Below, in pieces: positions 19,942 through 29,402 of a stretch of 64,000 nt of DNA. The DNA is from an uncultured delta proteobacterium (GTDB lineage Bacteria > Desulfobacterota > Binatia > Binatales > Binataceae). The stretch is taken from positions 320,001 to 384,000 of the forward strand of contig CAVRVY010000003.1 of the NCBI GenBank assembly GCA_963724765.1, written 5' to 3'. Within the stretch, counting starts at the first letter, position 1. Every line of letters starts with the position of its first letter. Made by a program: the position numbers and the translations under genes. The notes under the pieces are model-generated. The model did no database searches and was not told the origin of the DNA. It saw only the letters and a list, made by a program, of their open reading frames with translations.

Positions 19942-20340
19942 AATCGGCACTTCGATCAGGTGTTCGGATCCGTGAAGCACGTCGCCAGCAAAGGTCAGCG
20001 CGTCGCCAGGCTCGAGCCGGTACGTATTGCGGCCGTGCCGATAGGCAATCTTTCCAGCATGTAGATGAACTCGGCCCCTTCATGCTGGAAGGAGGGAAAG
20101 GCTTCGCTCTTATCGTTCATCGTGATGAGGAACGGTTCGAACAGCTTCCTGGGCCCGCGCCCATAAGCCAGCAAGTGGTACGTGTGGCTCCGTTTGGTGC
20201 CGACTCTGACCACCTCCATGCCCTGGCCAGATTTTACTTGCTGAGCACTTCCGTCCGGTACAGCATAGCTCTGGAGAGAGAGCTAAGCGGAGTGCCGTGC
20301 TGCTGCGCTCGATGACGTCAAGTGTCGGTGCTTATCTGGA
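19942..20340 (-). pseudogene. Decayed XRE-cupin transcriptional regulator
   Basis: GQGMEVVRVGTKRSHTYHLL...FQHEGAEFIYMLE, then a frameshift to KIAYRHGRNTYRLEPGDALTF..HG; upstream HTH part is broken by stop codons. Confidence 0.75.
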
Positions 20341-20727
20341 TGGGTTAATGAGCCCTCCTCCAACGGCTGACCATCACGTCTCTCCAACTAACTAATCGTC
20401 GCCCGATCTCTTTACGCTGAAGAATATTTTGTTCTCACCCCTTTACTTTCGGAACAGGTCTATGTTATCCGAATTTCCTCTGCCTTCTCCAAAGGAATCT
20501 GACCCAACCAAGGTGGCGAAGGGCCGTTCGACGTAGTTCTCGCTACCTCGCAGGGTCTCCGGCGCGGACGCAGGCGGACGGACGATGGAGTTCCGTGGGG
20601 CTTTGCACAGCACCGTGCCCGGTGAGTTTCGGTGGGGGACTTTGCTATCCGCAGAGGCTGACTTGACCCGGTTCGCGGACTCGGCTGTGGCGCGGCAGCC
20701 GAAATAACGGCTTTCAGGAGGTGTGCG

Positions 20728-21648
20728 ATGCGTGCGGCGAAAATTTCGGCTTGTCAGTTTCCGATTGCGCGTGGCGGCTTCGACGATTTTCGGACGCGAG
20801 TCGAACAGGCCATGGCGGAGGTGCCGCGCGACAGCGACTACGTGCTGTTTCCCGAACTGTTTACGGTCGGCCTTTTGACGGTCTATCCAGACGCATCCTC
20901 GGTCGCGGATCTCACACGTATAGTCGAATTTACCCCGCGTTACAGGGAACTGTTCCATCAAATCGCGACCAGCCGCAAGCAATTCGTGCTGGCCGGTTCC
21001 CATCTTGAGAAGCAGGGCGACCTCTACTTCAACGTCGCGCACCTCTTTACGCCGGAGGGCCGCGAGTTGACCCACAAAAAGACCCATATTTTTCCAGCGG
21101 AGTCGCAATGGCAGACGACCGAGGGCGATACGCTGGAAGTCTGGGATATCGGCCCCGCGAAAGTTGGCGTCGCGATCTGCTACGAAGCGGAAATTCCCGA
21201 AGTCTGCAGAATCCTGGCCTACAATGGCGCCGAGATAATCCTTTGCCCGTCATTCACGTTTTCAGAAGCGGGCTTCTGGCGCGTCAGGCATTGCGCTCAG
21301 TCGCGATGCATCGAGAATCAGATCTACTTTGTCCATTGCTGCACGATCGGAAACGCCGGCGCACCACTTCCGCCGGGTTACGGTCGCAGTTCGATCCTTA
21401 GCCCTTGCGACCAGCCCTGGAATGCGAATGGCATCGTGGCAGAGGCGACAACGAACAAGCAGATGGTCATTACGGCAGCAGTCGACATCGATCCGCTATA
21501 CGACAATCGCAAGACCGGAGCCGCAACCACCTTCAACGATCGTATCCGAAGAGCGCCGATGTATAACCAATACCCACCTTATCGGCCGGGCGTCGAAGGG
21601 AGCATGTCGGCCAGTGAGAGAGTAGGAGCTCCTAACACGCAGGTATAA
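20728..21648 (+). CDS. Carbon-nitrogen hydrolase (nitrilase superfamily)
   Basis: E-K-C triad: FPELF, HKKTHIF, ICYEAE; SD AGGAGG. Confidence 0.92.
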   Translation: MRAAKISACQFPIARGGFDDFRTRVEQAMAEVPRDSDYVLFPELFTVGLLTVYPDASSVADLTRIVEFTPRYRELFHQIATSRKQFVLAGSHLEKQGDLYFNVAHLFTPEGRELTHKKTHIFPAESQWQTTEGDTLEVWDIGPAKVGVAICYEAEIPEVCRILAYNGAEIILCPSFTFSEAGFWRVRHCAQSRCIENQIYFVHCCTIGNAGAPLPPGYGRSSILSPCDQPWNANGIVAEATTNKQMVITAAVDIDPLYDNRKTGAATTFNDRIRRAPMYNQYPPYRPGVEGSMSASERVGAPNTQV

Positions 21649-21723
21649 CAGTCCGAGTGGCAAGAATTTAGTCTGGGTAACCGCTGAAAAAAGCCGATCG
21701 AGTAGTCAGGGAGGGACGCTGCG

Positions 21724-22578
21724 ATGCCTCAGGTAGCTGGCAAGGTAAAAATCCCGGCAGGAAAAAAGATAGCAGTTAACATCGGCTGCGACTTCGACGC
21801 TCAGGCGATCTGGATAGGCTCATTCAATCTGACGTCGCCGGCATACATGGCGCGCGGTGAGTTCGGTGCGGAGGTCGCCACCCCGCGCCTGCTCAAGCTG
21901 TTCGACAAGCATCACATCAAGACCTCGTGGTGCATTCCAGGTCATACCGTGGATACGTGGCCCGAACTCTGTCGGGAGATAGTAGCCGCCGGGCACGAGA
22001 TCGGACACCATGGTTACGTTCACGAAAATCCCACACCCATGAGCCTGGCCGAAGAGCGCAAGGTCATGCAGATGGGGCTGGAGGCACTATCCCGGATCGG
22101 CGTGAAGCCGCGGGTGTACCGTTCCCCGTACTGGGATTTCAGCCCCAATACGCTGTCGATCCTGGAAGAGAACGGGTTTTCCGCCGACAGCAGTCTGATG
22201 GGCAACGATCTGCACCCCTACGTGATCCGGCGGGTCGAAGTAAATGCAGATAAGGCCAATGTTTTCGGCGCCTCCAGCAAGGTTCTTGAGATTCCGGTGT
22301 CCTGGTATCTCGATGATTTTCCCCCAGAGGAATACATCACCGGCAAGCAGGAAGGGATGAATCCCGTTGGCGGAATTTTCGATCGATGGAAAGCGATATT
22401 TGACTACGCGATCGAGAATGAAACTGGCGCCTGTTACGTCGTTACCACTCATCCACAGACCATGGGTAGAGCGCACATGATTTCGCGGCTCGAAGGTTTG
22501 ATTGAGTACATTGCGGAGAAGGGAGGATGGTTCGCGACCCTCAGCGAGATCCGCGACGCGACGGAGATCCCCAAATAG
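21724..22578 (+). CDS. Polysaccharide deacetylase family protein (PgdA/PuuE-like, no signal peptide)
   Basis: DFDA, HEIGHHGYVH, RSPYW and HPQ motifs. Confidence 0.88.
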   Translation: MPQVAGKVKIPAGKKIAVNIGCDFDAQAIWIGSFNLTSPAYMARGEFGAEVATPRLLKLFDKHHIKTSWCIPGHTVDTWPELCREIVAAGHEIGHHGYVHENPTPMSLAEERKVMQMGLEALSRIGVKPRVYRSPYWDFSPNTLSILEENGFSADSSLMGNDLHPYVIRRVEVNADKANVFGASSKVLEIPVSWYLDDFPPEEYITGKQEGMNPVGGIFDRWKAIFDYAIENETGACYVVTTHPQTMGRAHMISRLEGLIEYIAEKGGWFATLSEIRDATEIPK

Positions 22579-22958
22579 CTCCCGGATGCCGCGTGCACCG
22601 CTCAATCAGAGGCCAGCCGCAAGACAGTACGGAGCGCCGCGCCTGCAAATTGCCGGCGAGAGCGCGGTGCCATCAAGCTCATAGAGCGTAGCGCTTATGC
22701 CGAGACCCTGATCAAGAAGGGGCTTATAACCGTATCCGACATGGATCTGGAATGCACGTGCTGCGTAGACGATAGCGTGCTGGAGCGCTATTGGAAGGAT
22801 CTTTACAAATACACTGTGTCAGACCGATCGAATATTAGTCGAATATTAAGTCGCCGCTTTCGCGGGTGCGGCCCGCAGAAAGAAACAATTTGCCTTTTTA
22901 ATCATTTGCGGTTGTTCACCCAACAGGCGCGGGAAACCGCCATCGAGGAGGCCGAGCG

Positions 22959-23405
22959 ATGAAACAGATCATCTACGCCATGCAGTTCAAGGGACAGGGC
23001 GGGCCAGGCGGAGCTCCCAACCTGCTCAAGGCTACGACGAGTTCTCCGAGTTGCACGCTTACGACCGTTGTTGGTCCCGATGGTGTGCAGGGCAGCGTGC
23101 AGCCTGCGGCTGGCGGCAAGGCCTCGTTCGAGTCGGAGGTGACGGTTACGGGCGAAACGTCATTTCTGGAATCGGGGACTATACGCTTCGGCGACGGCAA
23201 TCATCGCCTGCGCTTCAGCACGGTGGGTCAGGGATACCTCGGCGACAGCGCGGAGCCGAAGGTCAAGTCGGGAGCCGTGACGTGGCGGATTGACGGCGGC
23301 GAGGGTCAGTTTGCCGGCGCCAGCGGCTACATCACTTCGAACTTCACGCTGGACGAAGCGGGCCATGTGACCGATAACCAGTTCGGCGTGATCTACGTCA
23401 AATAG
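22959..23405 (+). CDS. Hypothetical beta-rich protein, 148 aa
   Basis: SD GAGGAGG; high-GC codon usage; WRIDGGEGQFAGASGYI resembles allene-oxide-cyclase/dirigent-like barrels. Confidence 0.8.
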   Translation: MKQIIYAMQFKGQGGPGGAPNLLKATTSSPSCTLTTVVGPDGVQGSVQPAAGGKASFESEVTVTGETSFLESGTIRFGDGNHRLRFSTVGQGYLGDSAEPKVKSGAVTWRIDGGEGQFAGASGYITSNFTLDEAGHVTDNQFGVIYVK

Positions 23406-23533
23406 AAAGCCCGACCATAAAGAGCGCGCCAGCCTGCGCCAGCGCATCCCTCGGACCGGCCTGGTGTGCACGGCAAAGACGCGCGCTCAGTGTTCGAGCA
23501 AGGCGCGATGGCCTGCGGCTGCTCGCCGCGTTT

Positions 23534-24223
23534 TCAGTAAGCAGGGAAGCGGCGTGCTAGTCCGTCGAATGCTTCGAGCATCCGTTCTCGCCACTTTGCG
23601 ATTGGGTCGGCCGTTTCGAGCAACGCGAACGGGCTTATCGCTCTGGCCCATTGGAAGCCGCCGAACACGATATAGTCGGGGTAAAGCGGCGTCTCGCCGC
23701 CGAAGAACGGCTGCGTTTGCAGCGTTAGACGCAGAGGCTCCAAAGTCTGCCGGAAACCCGGGATGCGCTTTTCGCGGTTGGCGCAAAAATTCTCCAGCGA
23801 CATGCCGAAGCGCTTCTCGCGGCTCTGGCGAAAGTAGTCGCGGTCGCGGGGATCGAGATGACGGAAAATGTCGGCGACGACGAAGCTCGCGATGCCTGGT
23901 ATCTGTACGATGTCGGCCCAGCTGTTGAAAAAGCGCGCCTCCGCCCGCCCAGCGGGTCCGCCGAAGAGCGACGACCGATCGGGATAAGCATCTTCCAGGT
24001 AGCTCGCGATCGCCCACGAGTCTGCTACCACGCGGCCACCGTCCTCGATGACCGGAACCCTTTCCTGTCCGGAATGCGCGATTACCGCTTTTTCGGAAAA
24101 GCGCCAGGGTATCGTCTCGACCGTCAACCCCTTGTGTGCCAGCGCCATCCGGATGCGCCAGCAATATGGGCTGAACCGGCGAGCGGTTTCCTCTCCAGCA
24201 AGATCATACATCCTGATCGCCAT
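23534..24223 (-). CDS. Glutathione S-transferase (LigE/beta-etherase-like clade)
   Basis: YDLAG..RRFSPYCWRIRMALAHKGL, VPVIEDG, DSWAIASYL. Confidence 0.88.
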   Translation of the reverse strand: MAIRMYDLAGEETARRFSPYCWRIRMALAHKGLTVETIPWRFSEKAVIAHSGQERVPVIEDGGRVVADSWAIASYLEDAYPDRSSLFGGPAGRAEARFFNSWADIVQIPGIASFVVADIFRHLDPRDRDYFRQSREKRFGMSLENFCANREKRIPGFRQTLEPLRLTLQTQPFFGGETPLYPDYIVFGGFQWARAISPFALLETADPIAKWRERMLEAFDGLARRFPAY

Positions 24224-24874
24224 CGCTGTAATCTCCCGCGCTCTGAACTCTTCGCGATCGTTGGAGCTAATCGCGCCGCGCCGGCCGGCTCCGGTCAAAA
24301 CTGTGAGCTATCACATCTGACAGCGTCCGTCATCCTGGATGCGCAGCCGGTATTCTAATTCGTTGCTCTAACAACTTTTTTCTCTTGCGTTTTGGATCTT
24401 AAGCAAGCAGGTCGCGTCGCGAGGCGGTTTGCCAGACGCGCCTCGGACTGCAATAAAAGGAAGGCTGCGAGATGCGGAATCAGTACAAATGCCGCTGCGA
24501 TCGCAGTGATCAGAACGTTCTCGAATTTCAGACGGTCGGCCACCTAACGGACTTCATCACTGTGCACACCTTCGGCGGGCGTGGCTCGCCATTGTTCTAG
24601 GACTCCCGTCAAGAGAGTGGTCGGCCCCAGCGATGGGCGCTGATCTTTGCCCGTCTTCAAAACTCCTGTCATGACCGGGGTTTTGCTGCGGCGCAAATCA
24701 TAAACATCCGACGCTAGCCGATGACCGGACAGCCCAGCGGCGAACTCCGGCCAATAGTAACTCACGGCAAGCGCTCTAATCGCTATTACTGCTCATAAGT
24801 AGTGGAGTGGTTTGAGTCTGCCTCGGTGCGGCCGCGCGTCGATTTTGGAACACGAAGGTAAAAAGGAGAATCAA

Positions 24875-25233
24875 ATGAGCACAAGATCGATTCTACTGTT
24901 GATACTCATCCTGAGTATTTCGGTGCAGACCGCAAACGCCGGTCCGGCAAATCGAAACCTCGCATCCCAACCGCAAGGGCAGGCGACCGTGCCGATCAAT
25001 CTGGACGGATTCGGAGCGCCACTGCCCGGGGTGGCGCAGGACCGACCATGATGCGGACCGTGCCGCTGTGGGGCCTTCGCGCGAAGTCCCAATTCCTTCA
25101 TAATGGCCGCGCGGCTGACATCCCGACCGCGATCAAGTTGCACGACGGGCAGGGCAAGCCGGCGGCGCAGGCCTTCGGAGCGCTGAATGCGCAACAACAG
25201 TCGGACGTGGTGAATTTTCTTAATACGCTCTGA
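24875..25233 (+). pseudogene. Internally deleted di-heme oxidoreductase (DHOR/DUF1111-like) remnant
   Basis: Signal peptide and GAPLPG N-terminus joined out of frame to C-terminal RTVPLWGLR..FLHNGRA..AIKLHDGQG..VNFLNTL; no CxxCH left. Confidence 0.75.
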
Positions 25234-25309
25234 TGTAACGCGCGCACTTGCGGCATCGCTTGACCATAGCGGTGCCTGCCCGGAAGTTCATCGAGGCGGG
25301 TCAGCCTGG

Positions 25310-25340
25310 CGGGCGACGGCCGTTCAATGGCCGTCGCCCG
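25310..25340. terminator. Strong GC-rich hairpin (possible terminator)
   Basis: Perfect 12-bp stem CGGGCGACGGCC/GGCCGTCGCCCG with 7-nt loop; no U-tract. Confidence 0.4.
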
Positions 25341-25498
25341 TCGCACTTGTCCCGCGACAAATCGCTCGCTTTATAGACGATCCGGCGTCACATCAGCGCA
25401 GCGCCGAACGTTGCGATCCAGCGACGACACCTGCCTCCACGATTCCACAACGCATAATTAAGCATAATATAGAAGTGCTACGCACCATGAGGCGCCAT

Positions 25499-25513
25499 TG
25501 GCACGTCTCATGC
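25499..25513 (+). promoter_or_regulatory. Sigma-54 -24/-12 promoter
   Basis: TGGCACG-TCTC-ATGC (GG-N10-GC); AT-rich tract at ~25453-25472 upstream. Confidence 0.55.
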
Positions 25514-25813
25514 CTACAAAGTTGCACACAACGGCATTTGCGACACCAGTAAAAGTCAAGGACGATTCGAGCGTGAGTCTGAAGAGTAGAATTCGCGACG
25601 CGCAACGCGAGGCGGCCAAGCACGCTACAGCTAATCTTCGTCGTCACACAACCGACAAGGAACCTCCTGCTATGATTAGCTCACAAGACCCCGTCGAAGA
25701 CGAAATGAAGCGAGCGACGCCCACGGTCGATGAAATCAGGACCGCGCTGCTGCGCAAATCCGCCAACGGCAAGAAAACGCGATGAAGCGCCGCCACGCCA
25801 TCGGGGGTCGCGG

Positions 25814-26068
25814 GTGAGTATCGTGCTGCGATTTTGCTTCCTGGTCGGTCTGCTCGGGTTTGCAGCCGTGTTTCGCTTGCCTGAAACAAGACTGTTAGCT
25901 CTGATCGTAGCGGACTACGCCGCCTTCTGTGTCCTTTATCGCCTTGCGCAAAGATGGCAGGCGCGAAATTTCGCGAAAGACTGCCGTGATCTCGTCGAGA
26001 CCTACAACGTCGGTGACGAGCTCGCGAAAAAACTGACCAACTATTGGGCTAACGAACGCCGGTCGTGA
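25814..26068 (+). CDS. Small two-TM hypothetical membrane protein
   Basis: GTG start after GGGGGT; two hydrophobic segments. Confidence 0.4.
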   Translation: MSIVLRFCFLVGLLGFAAVFRLPETRLLALIVADYAAFCVLYRLAQRWQARNFAKDCRDLVETYNVGDELAKKLTNYWANERRS

Positions 26069-26107
26069 GCCAGCCCGAATCTGCGAGCGCGCCGGTTCGC
26101 AGCCACT

Positions 26108-27406
26108 TCACCTTACTCCGTCCGCCTTCCATTCGAGGGTTTCGGGCATCAGGAGCCACAGCATCAGCAGCGCCGCCGCCGCCACCGAGACCAGGAACGC
26201 GAATCCGGCCTGATCGCCGAAGTGGTGAACGATGGCTCCGGCGACGGTTTGACTGAGCGCCGCGCCGATTCCGACGGCGGTCGCGATAGCGCCCAGCGTA
26301 AGGTTGAACCGTCCGGTGCCGCGCGTCAGATCGGCCACCACCAGCACGGAAACAACACCAAAAATGCCCGCGCCAATTCCGTCGAGCACCTGGATGCTGA
26401 CCAGCAGGTAGATGCTATTGGTCAGCGTATAGAGGATGCCGCGCACGGGCAGCACACTGAACCCGATCAGCAGCAGCGGCTTTCTACCCCAGGAACCCGC
26501 GGCGCGCCCGGCCCATGCGGCAATTAGCGTGATCGTGAACTGGGTCGTGACCACACAGGCGGACATGAACATCATCGAACTGCGGCCCTTGCCCTTCGCC
26601 AGCATCTCGCCCAGCAACGGAAGCATCGCCGCGTTGGCGAAGTGAAAAAGCACCGAGCAGCACAGAAAGATCACCAGTGGGCGATCCTTCGTCAGAGACC
26701 AGACACTGGCGGGCTTTTCGTCGTCGGCCCCCACTTTGGCTCCCCTCGCCAGTTCGTGGTCGATCTCGTCCGGCCGAATGAGGAGCAGCGACAGAATCGT
26801 CGGGACCGCGAGCGCCACGACAAAGAAAAAGACGCCGCGGTTCGAAATGAAAAATCCAATCACCCCCATCATCACCGCGGCGACCACATTGCCCGCCGAA
26901 TTGAATGTCTGGTTTCGTCCCTGGCGGCGATCGAAGAGACTGTGCCCCACCAGGCCGAGCGAGATGGCGGCAATGGCAAGCATGAAGAAACTGGACATCC
27001 CGCCGATGAGCGCCTGGGCCGTCATCACTATCCAGAACGACGGAAAGAGCGCTATCAGAAGCGCACCGATCGCCAGCGCGGACACGCCAGCCGCAATCAG
27101 CGCTCTTTTGGACCTGATTCGATCCACCAGGCCGCCCGCCGGGGTCTGCGAGGCGATACCGGCGATTCCAGCGACCGTAAGCGCCAGACCAACGCGCTGT
27201 TCGTTCCAGCCGTATGCGGCCAGGTAGATCGCGAGAAACGGCCCAACGCCTGACTGTACGTCGGCGAGCAGAAAATTGAGCCAGTCGAGCCCACGCAGGC
27301 TGCGCGAGGAGGGCCACCGGTCTTCATTCAAGCCGGCCGCAGTGGTGATTGGCTTGCCGCCCGCTTCCGACCCGGTCGCGCAACGGTCCGTCTGTCGCCG
27401 CGTCAT
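26108..27406 (-). CDS. MFS transporter
   Basis: LDWLNFLLADVQSGVGPFL, AGGLVDR, ADLTRGTGRFNL; ~12 TM helices. Confidence 0.92.
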   Translation of the reverse strand: MTRRQTDRCATGSEAGGKPITTAAGLNEDRWPSSRSLRGLDWLNFLLADVQSGVGPFLAIYLAAYGWNEQRVGLALTVAGIAGIASQTPAGGLVDRIRSKRALIAAGVSALAIGALLIALFPSFWIVMTAQALIGGMSSFFMLAIAAISLGLVGHSLFDRRQGRNQTFNSAGNVVAAVMMGVIGFFISNRGVFFFVVALAVPTILSLLLIRPDEIDHELARGAKVGADDEKPASVWSLTKDRPLVIFLCCSVLFHFANAAMLPLLGEMLAKGKGRSSMMFMSACVVTTQFTITLIAAWAGRAAGSWGRKPLLLIGFSVLPVRGILYTLTNSIYLLVSIQVLDGIGAGIFGVVSVLVVADLTRGTGRFNLTLGAIATAVGIGAALSQTVAGAIVHHFGDQAGFAFLVSVAAAALLMLWLLMPETLEWKADGVR

Positions 27407-27661
27407 CCGCAGGGATCCTCAAGTCCGGCGCAGTTGCACCCTGCCAGCCGGTCTCAGCAGATGCGCGCGGCACTGAATGATCAAGCATGCGTGGTTACTT
27501 GGTCTGAATGCAATGTGCCGAATCGATCCGGCGGAACGTTGGGCCTGACCGCGGCGTAGCGTCGCCGCGCGCGCCCGTTTTGAAGCGGGAGCCGCGCCAC
27601 CGATGCCCTGCTTCGCGCGTGAGCACGAGCGCTCAAGATCTGCGGCGCGGCTCCGCGCATC

Positions 27662-28096
27662 TCATCTCGATTTCTCCGGAGCCGGAATTTCTACGTTCGG
27701 CTTCGGCAGGTCCTCCACATGAAGATCGCCGTGCCGGCCAAGATAGATGATCCGCCATTGGTTGAGAAAAACCACGTAATTCGCGATCCCGGCTGCGATG
27801 GCGCGGCGCAGGAACTCCGGGTAATCGATTTCCCGGCGCTGGACCGCCAGCAGCGCCGCCTTTAGCTCGTCGGCGGCGAAACGATCAGCGACCGCGCCCG
27901 AGTCGGCCAGCGGCAGCGGCTCGACGTGTGTCTCGCCCGACCCCGTGTAGTAAGTCTTGCAAAGGCGCACCAGGTCCGCCTCGTAACGCTCGATCTCATT
28001 GGCAGCGAGCCTTTTCACTTCCTGCGGGAAATTCGTCCGGTTCGCGAACGAATCCTGCAGGCATTCCCTGATCACCTCAACTTTCAACGCATCCAT
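27662..28096 (-). CDS. DUF1398-like protein
   Basis: FPQEVKRLAANEIERYEADL...YY and IDYPEFLRRAIAAGIANYVV..YLGRHGDLHVE; SD AGGAGG. Confidence 0.75.
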   Translation of the reverse strand: MDALKVEVIRECLQDSFANRTNFPQEVKRLAANEIERYEADLVRLCKTYYTGSGETHVEPLPLADSGAVADRFAADELKAALLAVQRREIDYPEFLRRAIAAGIANYVVFLNQWRIIYLGRHGDLHVEDLPKPNVEIPAPEKSR

Positions 28097-28121
28097 TTGC
28101 GACCCTCCTTGCCCCTGGCGC

Positions 28122-28499
28122 CTATTCCTTGGTCCCGCAGTACGCTTCGATCCGGTTGCCGTCAGGGTCAGTGACAAAGGCGGCGTAATAATTTTCGCCG
28201 TAGTCGGCACGCAGCCCAGGCTTGCCGTTGTCGCGCCCGCCCGCGCGGACCGCTGCGGCATGAAACGCATTCACCTCGGCGCGGCGACCGGCCTCAAGAC
28301 AGATGTGCAGGCCCGCGATGTCGCGCGGCACGGCGGCGCCGGCCGCCAGCAGCCACAGGCGCGGCCCATCGCCGCTGCCATAGCCGAGCGCGCTTGCGTC
28401 TTCGCTCAGGCACTTGGCGCCGAGCGGCGCCAGCGCCGCATCGTAGAACCGCCGCGCCTTGGCGATGTCGCTCACCCCAATCGATACGTGATGAATCAT
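28122..28499 (-). CDS. VOC/glyoxalase family protein
   Basis: HHVSIGVSDIAKARRFY, DNGKPGLR, YYAAFVTDPDGNRIE. Confidence 0.92.
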   Translation of the reverse strand: MIHHVSIGVSDIAKARRFYDAALAPLGAKCLSEDASALGYGSGDGPRLWLLAAGAAVPRDIAGLHICLEAGRRAEVNAFHAAAVRAGGRDNGKPGLRADYGENYYAAFVTDPDGNRIEAYCGTKE

Positions 28500-28545
28500 T
28501 GCCCTGCTCCTTTCATGGCGGGAACGTTGAAGCGTCCCGGTTATC

Positions 28546-28625
28546 TAACTGGCTTGCAGGTTGAAACAACCTGTATGATGGTTAGTAGACGATTGGCGAA
28601 CGATTGTCAACCGCCATGGCGGTTA
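28546..28625. promoter_or_regulatory. Three palindromic YAACY-N8-GGTTR boxes in a divergent promoter
   Basis: TAACT-ggcttgca-GGTTG (28546), CAACC-tgtatgat-GGTTA (28567), CAACC-gccatggc-GGTTA (28608). Confidence 0.65.
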
Positions 28626-28641
28626 GTATGGTGAAGACCGG

Positions 28642-29298
28642 ATGACCAATGTTCAACGCATCGGGCGGACCGGCGTCCTGGTCCTGGCTCCCCGCCAGGA
28701 CCTCTGTCTCGATTTCATCAATACGCTCGCGTGGCGTGGCAGTACGCCGAGCGAAACCCTGCACGGATTGCCGGATCTCGTGCAGTGGTGTGCGTCTTCG
28801 GGCAGCCTGCTGACAGGTGAGATTGCCGGGAGCGGAACCTGGGGTAACGGGACGAACGGGACCTGGGCGGAGCGCCATCCGGCCCAAGCGTCGGCGATTT
28901 TTCGCCGCGCAATCGCGATTCGGGAGACTACTTACCGCATCTTCCATGCGGTCGCGAGCGGTGGCGTGCCGGTCGCCGATGACCTGTCGGAACTCAACCA
29001 GGCGTTGAAGGAGACTCCGGCGCGGAGCGAGCTTCAGCGTATCGGCGCGGGCTTCGGCTGGCGAGTCGAGGGGAAGCGGCCGGCGACCGCGTCGGCGCTG
29101 CTGGCCCCGGTGCTATGGTCGGCGGGTGATTTGTTGGCTGGGGCGCAACTGGCCCGGGTGCGCGAGTGCGCGAATAGCAAGTGCCTGTGGCTATTCCTGG
29201 ACGAGAGCAAGAACGGCACGCGCCGCTGGTGTTCGATGACCGCGTGCGGAAACCGCGCCAAGGCGCATCGCCACTACGCGCGCCTCAAGGGAGGTTGA
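28642..29298 (+). CDS. ABATE domain / CGNR zinc-finger protein
   Basis: LCLDFINT; RECANSKCLWLFLDESKNGTRRWCSMTACGNRAKAHRH. Confidence 0.93.
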   Translation: MTNVQRIGRTGVLVLAPRQDLCLDFINTLAWRGSTPSETLHGLPDLVQWCASSGSLLTGEIAGSGTWGNGTNGTWAERHPAQASAIFRRAIAIRETTYRIFHAVASGGVPVADDLSELNQALKETPARSELQRIGAGFGWRVEGKRPATASALLAPVLWSAGDLLAGAQLARVRECANSKCLWLFLDESKNGTRRWCSMTACGNRAKAHRHYARLKGG

Positions 29299-29402
29299 AC
29301 CAGCAGCTACCCGCTGCGCGCCCAGGCGTGTCAGTTCGCTGCGCCGCAAAGCGGCCGCGGCCCGTCAGAACGCGGACGTCGGTCCTCGGCGCTCGACTCT
29401 CG

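Noticed and set aside
20581-20670. GACGATGGAGTTCCGT...GGCTGACTTGAC resembling a fluoride riboswitch
   Set aside because: P1 pairing is imperfect, the 3' GCTGATGACTCCTAC pseudoknot partner is missing, and the downstream gene is atypical.
22660-22860. Protein-like open frame (…AETLIKKGLITVSDMDLECTCCVDDSVLERYWKD…) and a TCGAATATTA tandem
   Set aside because: No start or RBS and no recognisable family; possibly a gene fragment at a junction, but not supportable.
24355-24543. 62-aa minus-strand ORF with one hydrophobic segment
   Set aside because: Weak RBS, GTG start and no recognisable homology; cannot be told apart from chance.
28833-28868. GTWGNGTNGTW micro-duplication inside the CGNR gene
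   Set aside because: A small in-frame duplication in a probable loop; no evidence of function.
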